The position numbers and the translations under genes are program-made. Below are positions 7,998 to 15,902 of a DNA stretch of 17,071 nucleotides, in pieces (within the stretch, counting starts at the first letter, position 1; every line of letters starts with the position of its first letter). A model generated the notes under the pieces. That model saw only the letters and a list, made by a program, of their open reading frames with translations, made no database searches and had not been told where the DNA came from. This DNA is from Breznakia blatticola (GTDB taxonomy: Bacteria; Bacillota_I; Bacilli_A; Erysipelotrichales; Erysipelotrichaceae), in contig NZ_SODD01000049.1 of assembly GCF_004365815.1 (NCBI RefSeq), positions 1 through 17,071 of the forward strand, given 5' to 3'.

Positions 7998-8018
7998 ACT
8001 AGACTCCAGGAGGATTGC

Positions 8019-10622
8019 ATGAAACAATATACAAATTACAATTTGAAAGATGTGTTTGAGGAATTTGAAACCTCACGGGATGGATTAAAAGATAGTGAAG
8101 CAAGTGTCCGTTTAGAACGTGATGGGAAAAATGAACTAGAAGCAGAAGCACAGGAAAGTGTTTTAAGTATTTTCTTATCACAGTTTAAAGACTTACTCGT
8201 TATCGTCTTAATTGTGGCAAGTATGATTTCCATTGCTGTAGGTGAATTAGAAAGTGCGATTGTTATATTAATCGTAATTACACTAAATTCAATTTTAGGT
8301 ACTGTACAAACCGTGCGTGCACAAAAATCACTTGATTCCTTAAAGCAATTATCAACACCGTTTACCCGTGTTATGCGTGAAGGTATTGTAAAAGAAGTAC
8401 CTTCAAGTGAACTAGTTGTTGGAGATATCGTACTTGTAGAAGCAGGTGATGTCATTAGTGCAGATGGACGTGTTGTTGATTCCTTTACACTACAAGTTAA
8501 TGAAAGTTCATTAACTGGTGAGAGCGAAAGTGTTGAGAAATTCCCAGATCAAATTATTGAAGAAGGAATTCAAATCGGTGATCAACGCAATATGGTATTC
8601 TCAAGTAGTCTAGTTACTTATGGACGAGGAAAATATGTAGTTACAAGTACTGGAATGAAAACCGAAATTGGTCGAATTGCCCAAATGATGAATGCCACAA
8701 AAGAAAAACGTACACCATTGCAATTAAGCTTAGATGACTTTTCAAAGAAATTATCCTTTGTGATTATCGCTATTTGTTTGGTTGTACTTGGATTAAATAT
8801 GTTACGTGGAGGAAATCTACTTGATTCCTTTATGTTTGCGGTTGCTCTAGCTGTTGCAGCAATTCCTGAAGCATTAGCTTCTATTGTAACTATCGTATTA
8901 TCAATTAGTACACAAAAAATGGTTAAAGAACACGCGATTATGAAAAACATTAACGCAGTGGAAACCCTAGGTTGTGTATCCATTATTTGTTCGGATAAAA
9001 CAGGAACCTTAACTCAAAATAAAATGAGTGTTGAAAGTATTTATCTGAACCGTCAATTGTATTTAAAAAATGCAGAATATAAAGACAATCGCGATATTCG
9101 CTTACTTACTATGATTGGAATTTTATGTAGTGATGCAACTATCAACGGAGAACAACGAATTGGAGATCCAACAGAACTTGCATTTGTGGACCTTGGACGT
9201 TTCTTTGAGATGAATGAAAGTGAATTACGCGAGAAGTATTACCGTGTCAAAGAATTACCATTCGACTCGGTTCGTAAATTGATGACTACCGTATGTAATG
9301 TACATGATAAAAAAGTAATGTATGTAAAAGGTGCACCGGATGAATTATTACGTGTATGTACAAAGTATTACTTTGAAGGTAAAGAGTTAGATATGACAGA
9401 TGAAGTTCGTGAAGAAATTCTACTTCAAAATGGACTATTTGCTACACAAGGACAACGTGTTCTAGCTTTCGCTTATAAAGAGTTTAATCAAGATGAACTA
9501 ACTTTAGAAGATGAAAGAGATTTAGTCTTCACTGGTCTAATTTCAATGATTGATCCACCTCGTGAAGAAAGTGCACAAGCAGTTGCTGATTGTTATACTG
9601 CAGGTATTAAACCAATTATGATTACTGGTGACCATAAGGTTACTGCAACAGCAATCGCGAAACGTATTGGTATTTATAAAGATGGAGACTTAGCATTAGA
9701 AGGTCGTGAACTAGCAGTGATGAATGATGATCAACTTCACGAAATTATTGAAAAAGTAAGTGTATATGCGCGTGTTGCTCCTGAGCATAAAATCCGTATT
9801 GTTGAAGCATGGCAAAGTCGTGGTCACAATGTGGCAATGACAGGAGATGGTGTAAATGATGCTCCTGCATTAAAACAAGCAGATATTGGTATTGCTATGG
9901 GAATTACAGGAACAGAAGTAAGTAAAGATGCAGCAAGTATGATTCTTACAGATGATAACTTCTCAACAATTGTAAAAGCGATTGTGACAGGACGTAATGT
10001 ATATGACAATATTAAAAATGCAATTGCATACCTATTAAGTGGAAACTTCTCAGGAATCTTAGCCGTACTATACTGTACACTATTTGCTTTACCACTTCCA
10101 TTTATGCCAGTACACTTATTATTTATTAACTTGGTGACGGATTCACTGCCAGCTATTGCGATTGGTATGGAACCATCAAATGCATATTTACTATATGAAA
10201 AACCAAGAAGTAAAAAAGCAAGTATCTTAAATAAAGCAACCCTTCAACAAATTGGTTACGAAGGATTACTAATTGCCATTGCAACACTTGTTGGATTCCA
10301 CTTAGGACTTCAACAAAGTACAGGGCATGCAATGACATATGCTTTTGCTGTATTATGTATGGCACGTTTATTCCATGGATTTAACTGTCGTGGAAAACAG
10401 TCAATATTCAAACTTGGCTTAACAACAAACAAATATTCTATTTACGCATTTATTGTTGGATATATTCTTATCATGGGAATCATGATAATTCCAGCATTCC
10501 ATGGTGTATTTAAAATTGCAGATATCTCAGCTATGGATATTGCAATAATTAATGCCTTAGCATTTGCACCAACGATTGTCGTACAAATTACGAAAATCAT
10601 TATGGGACGTAACGAAAAATAA
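8019..10622 (+). CDS. P2-type cation-transporting ATPase (Ca2+/Mn2+ exporter class)
   Basis: 867 aa. Motifs: TGES (SLTGESESV), phosphorylation site CSDKTGTLTQN, KGAPD, MITGDH, TGDGVNDAPALK. SERCA-like ion-site motifs are AAIPEAL (TM4) and NLVTDSLPA (TM6). SD AGGAGG. The upstream Mn2+ riboswitch implies a Mn2+-responsive role. Confidence 0.9.
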   Translation: MKQYTNYNLKDVFEEFETSRDGLKDSEASVRLERDGKNELEAEAQESVLSIFLSQFKDLLVIVLIVASMISIAVGELESAIVILIVITLNSILGTVQTVRAQKSLDSLKQLSTPFTRVMREGIVKEVPSSELVVGDIVLVEAGDVISADGRVVDSFTLQVNESSLTGESESVEKFPDQIIEEGIQIGDQRNMVFSSSLVTYGRGKYVVTSTGMKTEIGRIAQMMNATKEKRTPLQLSLDDFSKKLSFVIIAICLVVLGLNMLRGGNLLDSFMFAVALAVAAIPEALASIVTIVLSISTQKMVKEHAIMKNINAVETLGCVSIICSDKTGTLTQNKMSVESIYLNRQLYLKNAEYKDNRDIRLLTMIGILCSDATINGEQRIGDPTELAFVDLGRFFEMNESELREKYYRVKELPFDSVRKLMTTVCNVHDKKVMYVKGAPDELLRVCTKYYFEGKELDMTDEVREEILLQNGLFATQGQRVLAFAYKEFNQDELTLEDERDLVFTGLISMIDPPREESAQAVADCYTAGIKPIMITGDHKVTATAIAKRIGIYKDGDLALEGRELAVMNDDQLHEIIEKVSVYARVAPEHKIRIVEAWQSRGHNVAMTGDGVNDAPALKQADIGIAMGITGTEVSKDAASMILTDDNFSTIVKAIVTGRNVYDNIKNAIAYLLSGNFSGILAVLYCTLFALPLPFMPVHLLFINLVTDSLPAIAIGMEPSNAYLLYEKPRSKKASILNKATLQQIGYEGLLIAIATLVGFHLGLQQSTGHAMTYAFAVLCMARLFHGFNCRGKQSIFKLGLTTNKYSIYAFIVGYILIMGIMIIPAFHGVFKIADISAMDIAIINALAFAPTIVVQITKIIMGRNEK

Positions 10623-10623
10623 C

Positions 10624-10657
10624 AAAAGGTTCGCTTCAATTTGAGGCGAACTTTTTG
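10624..10657. terminator. Bidirectional rho-independent terminator (ATPase on +, toxin cassette on -)
   Basis: 9-bp GC-rich stem GTTCGCTTC (10629-10637) / GAGGCGAAC (10643-10651) with one G-U pair and loop AATTT. It is flanked by AAAA (10624-10627) and TTTTT (10652-10656). Confidence 0.75.
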
Positions 10658-10709
10658 TTTGAGTATTAGTGTTAACAAGAGGTTTGAGATGGAAATCTAT
10701 ACTTCTTAA

Positions 10710-11327
10710 TTACACGTTTGTTTTTTGTTTGTAAAATTCAAATCCAATCCAATTATTGTCATCAATAATGTTCTTTATTTTTTGGGAGACATAAATTCCA
10801 ACAAAGTCTTTTTTGCATCTAAAAATGTCATAATCTTTGCATACTTTTTCATCAAGTACGATATCTTGAGGCAGAAAACTGTATACATTATATTTTTCAT
10901 TGTAGGTATATTTTGAAAGGTTCATATCATATGCTTCAATAAAATTCATTATATACATAACGACATAATTATTATTTACTTTTCCAGTAACTACATCTAT
11001 TAACTTAATTGGTAAATACTGGAGTCCTTTAATTTTATTGTCATTAAATTTTTCCATGACTTTCTTATGGATAATAGGCCATCTATTAACATTTATCAAA
11101 TATTCATTCTCTAAGTCAGATGCTTTTGAGCTATAGTAAAATTCAACCTCTGGCCAAGTGTCTGACAATTTCTCAAATGACTTGTAAATAATATTACTAA
11201 AAAAACCTACTTTCACATCTTTGTAGACAATTTCACCCAAATTGGATTTTTCTGCATATATCGTATTTGTATTACTTTTTATTGAATCATCGATTCTATC
11301 CATATCCCATGTTAATCTATAAAACAT
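10710..11327 (-). CDS. Candidate cognate immunity protein, Imm11/DUF1629-like
   Basis: 205 aa, 18 nt downstream of the toxin gene with SD AGGAGG. The C-terminal pattern KGLQYLPIKLID...NYVVMYIMNFIEAYDMNLSKY...DYDIFRCKKDFVGIYVSQKIKNIIDDNNWIGFEF resembles, from memory, Imm11/DUF1629 immunity proteins of polymorphic toxin systems. Confidence 0.6.
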   Translation of the reverse strand: MFYRLTWDMDRIDDSIKSNTNTIYAEKSNLGEIVYKDVKVGFFSNIIYKSFEKLSDTWPEVEFYYSSKASDLENEYLINVNRWPIIHKKVMEKFNDNKIKGLQYLPIKLIDVVTGKVNNNYVVMYIMNFIEAYDMNLSKYTYNEKYNVYSFLPQDIVLDEKVCKDYDIFRCKKDFVGIYVSQKIKNIIDDNNWIGFEFYKQKTNV

Positions 11328-11345
11328 ACTAAGTCCTCCTATTTA

Positions 11346-12764
11346 TTATTTTAAGTTTTTCCAATATTCAGAATATAACATATCCGGATTGTTTATAATT
11401 GGAACCTTTACATTTTGATCAAATAAATCTAAAAACATTTCTACATTTCCATTTGAAAGTGAATCAGCCTTGATCATTTCATTTAGTACAAAATCATGAT
11501 ATGCATTTGGATGTCTTCCTTGATGAGGTAATAATTTCTTATTCCACTCTGCATCTAAGTCTAATCCATACTTATTAGAAATATCTTTGAATTGATCAAT
11601 ATATTTCTTGTTTTTATTTGTGGCAAAATGATGTATTTGATCTGGTTTTACTTTTTTGTTATCTATGATTTCATCAAACTCTAAACTTTGTGTATTTGTT
11701 TTTTCTTCAGGGACAATCTTAGTGTTTTGTTTTTGTATTTTCGCACTATAGCCAGACCAGTACATTCCAATACCAATGTTTGCCAGTCCGCTTAATAATT
11801 GTGCTCTTCTTTGAAGTATCTGTGTATCTGTTAGTTTAATACCAGTATTATAGTCAATACCTTCTCTTGCTTCCCATGCCGCTCGCGACAATGGATCAAT
11901 ATCTTGTACTTCCCCAAAGACTGCTTCTTTTCCATATACTTTTGCCATTTTTTTGAGCCATTCTTCATAGGCTTCGTTAAATTGTAAATCTTCTTGATCC
12001 CAATATGGCGGATTATTTAACCACATATCTCTTTTTTGTCCATATATATCTACAGTAACATAAGATTTCGCTTTTAATGCTTCGTTAAAAGCGGTTTCTT
12101 GAATCTGTAGTTCTTGCTCCAATAATGTAGTATTGTTTTTTCTTTTTTCCGCATATTCTGTAATTTTATCTGCCCAACCTAAATCAAGTCCTTTAATATT
12201 AAACTGTTTTGTCTTTTCATCATAGCAGTTACCACTCTCGACAATTTCAAGTCCTTTTTCAACTAATGAAATAAGATGTTTAACATCATTGAATATTATT
12301 GGAGATGAACTATCAAACCAATATAAATTATCTAGTCTACGTTTAAGTATTCTTTTTATTCGTTCCATTGCTTGAATGTTTATTTCCAAGTACCAATCAT
12401 AATATGGCAACTCTTCCTTTTTCTGTTCCATCGTTGTAATAAGATATTTGACTTGACGTATTTCTTCATCTAATTTATTCTCAAGTACATCATTGGTTGA
12501 GACCTCTGACTCAAATATCTGTATATATCTATAATGGGCATCCATTAAAGAGTCACTTACTAATCGTAGTCCTTTAGTAAGTGGTAAATAGACACGTTCA
12601 AAATATTGTTTACTGTTTTTATAAGCAATTCCTGATAACCAAGATTGTAAATATGATTGAATTGTAGCATCAATAGTATCGGCATAATTCCGGTAGGAAA
12701 TAGCTAATCGATATGTATATTCTGCTTGTTCTCTTACTTCTCCTAAATACATATTAATAGACAT
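11346..12764 (-). CDS. LXG-domain polymorphic toxin (T7SSb-type effector) with C-terminal AHH/HNH-EndoVII-like nuclease module
   Basis: The N-terminal ~200 aa show the LXG-domain pattern (YLGEVREQAE...LSGIAYKNSKQYFERVYLPLTKGLRLVSDSLMDAHYRYIQIFESEV...LENKLDEEI...LDNLYWFDSSS). The C-terminal 96 aa carry IHH (11628-11636) and LPHQGRHPNAYH. Start moved from the track's TTG (12779) to ATG 12764 (MSINMYLGEV), which has GGAG 9 nt upstream. Confidence 0.8.
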   Translation of the reverse strand: MSINMYLGEVREQAEYTYRLAISYRNYADTIDATIQSYLQSWLSGIAYKNSKQYFERVYLPLTKGLRLVSDSLMDAHYRYIQIFESEVSTNDVLENKLDEEIRQVKYLITTMEQKKEELPYYDWYLEINIQAMERIKRILKRRLDNLYWFDSSSPIIFNDVKHLISLVEKGLEIVESGNCYDEKTKQFNIKGLDLGWADKITEYAEKRKNNTTLLEQELQIQETAFNEALKAKSYVTVDIYGQKRDMWLNNPPYWDQEDLQFNEAYEEWLKKMAKVYGKEAVFGEVQDIDPLSRAAWEAREGIDYNTGIKLTDTQILQRRAQLLSGLANIGIGMYWSGYSAKIQKQNTKIVPEEKTNTQSLEFDEIIDNKKVKPDQIHHFATNKNKKYIDQFKDISNKYGLDLDAEWNKKLLPHQGRHPNAYHDFVLNEMIKADSLSNGNVEMFLDLFDQNVKVPIINNPDMLYSEYWKNLK

Positions 12765-13092
12765 AGTGAGTATCTCCAATATCTACAGAGTTTCTTTGTT
12801 TTTCATATATACTTTCTTCTTTTTGAAGTAGCTTTTTCTTTTCTGCTTTTAGGTTTTCTTGATAGTCATCTACTTTATTAAGACTATCTTTTTGAGCACA
12901 CATAATCTCATTTACTAAATCATCCACTTCTTTGTTGTAGTCACTAGATAGCAACTCATCAAAAAAGTGCTGTTGTTGCTGATAAATTTTCGATAAATCT
13001 TCTTTGTTCTCAATGAGTATTTTCTCTTGAATATCTAATTCATTACATGAAGAATGTATAAAGTGAAGCTGATTTAATATATCTTCATTCAT
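12754..13092 (-). CDS. Small coiled-coil LXG-associated helper, Lap2/DUF3958-like
   Basis: 112 aa, predicted all-helical and rich in Glu/Lys/Gln (QQQQHFFDELLSS...ENLKAEKKKLLQKEESIYEKQRN). Its ATG overlaps the upstream stop (ATGA at 13089-13092) and its 3' end overlaps the toxin start by 11 nt. The position immediately 5' of an LXG gene matches the Lap1-Lap2-LXG arrangement described for Streptococcus intermedius. Confidence 0.55.
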   Translation of the reverse strand: MNEDILNQLHFIHSSCNELDIQEKILIENKEDLSKIYQQQQHFFDELLSSDYNKEVDDLVNEIMCAQKDSLNKVDDYQENLKAEKKKLLQKEESIYEKQRNSVDIGDTHYVY

Positions 13093-13391
13093 TTATTCAC
13101 CTTGCTGCTAAGTTCTTTGTTCAATCTATATTTGAATTCCGTATCAAGATCATCAAATTTTTTTCCAAGAGTTGAAATTTTCTTACTATCCTTTTTAAGT
13201 GATTCAGCTAAACGATATACACTTTTTGCGGTTCGTTTGATACTATCAATTGCTTCTATATTCCCCTTTACGGTCGTTTTTTTAGCTAGTACACTTTCAT
13301 CAATTGTTCCTTGTTCTTTTCTTGCAACATGTACAAGGTCACTTGCATGTCTATTAGCTATTTCCTTGTTGCTTTTAATTACATTTGTCAT
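13089..13391 (-). CDS. Small helical LXG-associated helper, Lap1/DUF3130 (TIGR04197)-like
   Basis: 100 aa from ATG 13391 (MTNVIKSNKEIANRHASDL...KISTLGKKFDDLDTEF). SD-like GGGGAAAG lies upstream. The track's longer ORF (start 13490) would begin upstream of the operon promoter and inside the hcp terminator, so it is rejected. Confidence 0.55.
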   Translation of the reverse strand: MTNVIKSNKEIANRHASDLVHVARKEQGTIDESVLAKKTTVKGNIEAIDSIKRTAKSVYRLAESLKKDSKKISTLGKKFDDLDTEFKYRLNKELSSKVNK

Positions 13392-13416
13392 TTCTTTCCC
13401 CATTTTTCTTTGCATA

Positions 13417-13445
13417 ATTATATCAATATTGAGCACTCGTATCAA
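13417..13445 (-). promoter_or_regulatory. Near-consensus sigma-A promoter of the lap1-lap2-LXG-immunity operon
   Basis: On the - strand: TTGATA (13445-13440), exactly 17 nt, TATAAT (13422-13417). The predicted TSS is about 13410, upstream of the ATG at 13391. Confidence 0.7.
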
Positions 13446-13466
13446 ATTACTTTTATTAAAAGATAG

Positions 13467-13493
13467 AAAAAGATATCTCAGATGAGACATCTT
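13467..13493 (-). terminator. Rho-independent terminator of hcp
   Basis: On the - strand: AAGATGTCTCA / TGAGATATCTT inverted repeat (13493-13470, one G-U pair) followed by TTTTTCTATCTTTT. It lies 22 nt after the hcp stop. Confidence 0.65.
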
Positions 13494-13514
13494 TGGTTCA
13501 GTAGGTTATTTGAA

Positions 13515-15053
13515 TTATCCGAATGTTGTGATATCTTCAACTACACTTTGAATACCGCTAATTCCATAGTGTTCAACTAAATAACTAGCTGTAGTTTCAC
13601 TTAAGTAACTTGGTAAACTAGGACCAACTTTTATATCTTTAATTCCTAAATGTAATAAAGACAGTAAGACAATAATTGCTTTTTGTTCGTACCATGCGAT
13701 ATTAAATGAAATTGGCAATTCATTGATGTCATTAAGTTTGAAGATTTCTTGCAGTTTCATTGCAATTACAACCCATGAATAAGAGTCGTTACATTGCCCT
13801 GCATCAAGTACGCGCGGTACTCCATTAATATCACCAAGATTTAGTTTGTTGTAACGGTATTTGGCACAACCTGAAGTAAGAATAATTGTATCATCTTTTA
13901 ATGTTCTAGCAAAATCAGCATAGTATGTACGATCACGTTTACGACCATCACAACCACTCATAACGATAAATTTGCGAATACTTCCATTTTTAATGTTTTC
14001 TACAACAGTATCTGCTAATGCAAGAACTTGATTATGGGCAAATCCACCGACGATACTTCCTGATTCAATTTCTGTAGGTGAACTGCAAGATTGAGCTTGT
14101 TTAATAATTTCACTAAAGTCTTTTGTTCCATCTGGATTTACAGGTATACGTTTGAATCCAGGATAGTCACAGTTACCAGTAGAGTATAAACGATCTACAT
14201 ATCCTGCATTTGCTTTTGGTGGCACAATACAGTTAGTAGTAAATAAGATAGGACCATTAAATGTTTCAAATTCAGTAGTTTGTTTCCACCATGCATTTCC
14301 ATAGTTTCCTTTTAAGTGTGAATATTGTTTAAATTTCGGATAGTAATGTGCTGGAAGCATTTCACTATGCGTATAAATATCGATACCACTATCTTTACTT
14401 TGTTCAAGAAGTTGCGCTAAATCAGCTAAATCGTGTCCAGAAATAAGTATTCCTGGTCGAGTTCCCACACCAATGTTTACATTAGTTATTTCTGGATTTC
14501 CATAAGATGAAGTATTTGCAGTATCAAGGAATGCCATTACTTTTACTCCATAAGCCCCTGTTTCATCAACAACACGTAAACATGTTTCAAGATCATGCAT
14601 TTCATTGAAACCAGCTAATGTTTTTACCATGAAATTATGAATATCTTGATCTTCATATCCTAAATGAGTTGCATGTGAATGATATGCAGCCATTCCCATT
14701 AAACCACCCATAATTAGTGATTTTAGTGCATTGATATCTTCGTTTTCTTCATAGAAAGCAACTACATCATTACGTTTTGTGTACGTTTTTGCTTCTTCAA
14801 TTTGGTGACGAATGTTTTCCTTGTTAAAGTTTGCATTTGTAATAAGTTTGAATAATGAATCCATAATGAAACGTTTTTCTTCATTGTGTCCTTCTGTATC
14901 ATTTTCAATTTGTTTACTTAATACTTTTAGGTATTCTTTTAATTCATCAAGTAAGTTAGCTAGTTCACTATCTTTACCACACACTCCTTGAATGGTACAA
15001 GCTTTGTTACCTGCAGCTTCCTCACATTGATTACAAAACATTTTTGTGTTCAT
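13515..15053 (-). CDS. hcp: Hybrid-cluster protein / hydroxylamine reductase
   Basis: 512 aa. The N-terminal Cys motif [23 protein letters not shown] is typical of Hcp. Conserved internal blocks include NAWWKQ, TNCIVPP, MSGCDG and [18 protein letters not shown]. Confidence 0.9.
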   Translation of the reverse strand: MNTKMFCNQCEEAAGNKACTIQGVCGKDSELANLLDELKEYLKVLSKQIENDTEGHNEEKRFIMDSLFKLITNANFNKENIRHQIEEAKTYTKRNDVVAFYEENEDINALKSLIMGGLMGMAAYHSHATHLGYEDQDIHNFMVKTLAGFNEMHDLETCLRVVDETGAYGVKVMAFLDTANTSSYGNPEITNVNIGVGTRPGILISGHDLADLAQLLEQSKDSGIDIYTHSEMLPAHYYPKFKQYSHLKGNYGNAWWKQTTEFETFNGPILFTTNCIVPPKANAGYVDRLYSTGNCDYPGFKRIPVNPDGTKDFSEIIKQAQSCSSPTEIESGSIVGGFAHNQVLALADTVVENIKNGSIRKFIVMSGCDGRKRDRTYYADFARTLKDDTIILTSGCAKYRYNKLNLGDINGVPRVLDAGQCNDSYSWVVIAMKLQEIFKLNDINELPISFNIAWYEQKAIIVLLSLLHLGIKDIKVGPSLPSYLSETTASYLVEHYGISGIQSVVEDITTFG

Positions 15054-15084
15054 ATATCGGTTCTCCTTTGTTATCTACAGGATT

Positions 15085-15127
15085 ACTATATCGATAATGA
15101 ATCGAAAAGAATGTGATAGTTGCAACA
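15085..15127 (-). promoter_or_regulatory. Candidate hcp promoter with class-II-positioned Crp/Fnr-type site
   Basis: -10 TATAGT (15090-15085 on -) with no recognisable -35. The 16-mer TGTGATAGTTGCAACA (15112-15127; TGTGA-N6-CAACA, containing the perfect palindrome GTTGCAAC) lies 21 nt upstream of the -10. That places it at about -41.5 if the TSS is 7 nt after the -10. Confidence 0.4.
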
Positions 15128-15129
15128 CT

Positions 15130-15762
15130 TCAGAAATATTTTGGATTTAATGTGAATACATCTTTTTGAATCGAGAATATGTTTTCAGTTTGCATTGTTT
15201 TTAACTCTCTAGACAAACTACTTCGATTCACACTTAAGTATTCTGCAAGTTGTGTTTTGTTGTAGGGGATACGGACTGTATACGATTTGTCTTTTAGATG
15301 ATAGAAGTTTAACATCTCAAAGATACGTTCTCGAATGGTTGTCTTATTGAGAATTTCTAGTTTGTGTGTAAGAAAAACATTCTTTGTTGAAAGTATCGTA
15401 AGTAGATTTCTAAGTATCGGCTTAGGAAAATCAAAAACATCATCACGTGAAAAGAAAATAACATGTAGTGAACTTTTTGCAGTGATTTCAAAAGGTGTGA
15501 TATTCTCATTTCCTAGAGCTACACTTTCTGCAAATAATTCGCCTTCACCTAAGACAGTGACAAGTTTCTTATTTCCGTGAATATCATAACTACTGATTTC
15601 CATCGTACCACTTACAATAAGATACATATCATGAATCGTATCACCAATGGAAAAAATTTGTTCGTTACGAGCAAAGTGTTTATGACTGGCTTGTTGTAAT
15701 ACTTGATCAATGATATTTTGATCGACATTTGAAAACATCGAGATGGTTGTATGATTTTGCAT
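15130..15762 (-). CDS. Crp/Fnr-family transcriptional regulator (HcpR-like by context)
   Basis: 210 aa from ATG 15762 (MQNHTTISMF...), which has SD AAAGGAG 6 nt upstream. N-terminal cNMP-binding-like beta-barrel (FSIGDTIHDMYLIVSGTMEIS...GEGELFAE) and C-terminal HTH (KTQLAEYLSVNRSSLSRELKTM). The track start (15792) adds MCYICQKEFF without an SD. A possible extended -10 is TGCTACATT (15789-15781). Confidence 0.8.
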   Translation of the reverse strand: MQNHTTISMFSNVDQNIIDQVLQQASHKHFARNEQIFSIGDTIHDMYLIVSGTMEISSYDIHGNKKLVTVLGEGELFAESVALGNENITPFEITAKSSLHVIFFSRDDVFDFPKPILRNLLTILSTKNVFLTHKLEILNKTTIRERIFEMLNFYHLKDKSYTVRIPYNKTQLAEYLSVNRSSLSRELKTMQTENIFSIQKDVFTLNPKYF

Positions 15763-15874
15763 AAAGAACTCCTTTTGACAAATGTAGCACATTGAAAAGG
15801 TAAAGGATGTTGTTATTCAAACAAAAAAATAAATAGAATAATAGTTAGTAAAAGGTATATTTACGAGAAGCAAG

Positions 15875-15902
15875 TTGTATATTTGATAAATGTTGATAGA
15901 AT
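15875..15902 (+). promoter_or_regulatory. Candidate promoter of the orphan membrane-protein gene
   Basis: TTGTAT (15875-15880), 16 nt, TG-n-TAGAAT (15894-15902). Confidence 0.5.

Noticed and set aside
8036-8983. Antisense ORFs 8036-8455 (139 aa) and 8618-8983 (121 aa) inside the ATPase gene, together with 7999-8181, 9824-10009, 10153-10365 and 10442-10678
   Set aside because: They lie entirely within, and opposite to, a P-type ATPase gene with strong motif support. They have low-complexity Ser/Thr/Ile-rich composition typical of shadow frames, and I saw no SD or promoter for them.
13102-13485. 127-aa hydrophobic + strand ORF opposite the Lap1-like gene
   Set aside because: Its apparent multi-TM character is what one expects from reading a Lys/Glu-rich helical gene in antisense (Phe/Leu/Ser-rich). 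The sense gene has a promoter, an SD and operon coupling, and this ORF has none.
13392-13490. N-terminal 33-aa extension of the Lap1-like ORF (MSHLRYLFLSFNK...)
   Set aside because: It would start inside the hcp terminator hairpin and upstream of the TTGATA-17-TATAAT promoter. ATG 13391 has an SD-like GGGGAAAG and yields a 100-aa protein typical for this class.
15763-15792. MCYICQKEFF extension of the Crp/Fnr regulator, tempting as a CxxC metal or Fe-S sensing motif
   Set aside because: No SD precedes the start at 15792, whereas ATG 15762 has AAAGGAG at 6-nt spacing. Two cysteines are also insufficient for an FNR-type cluster.
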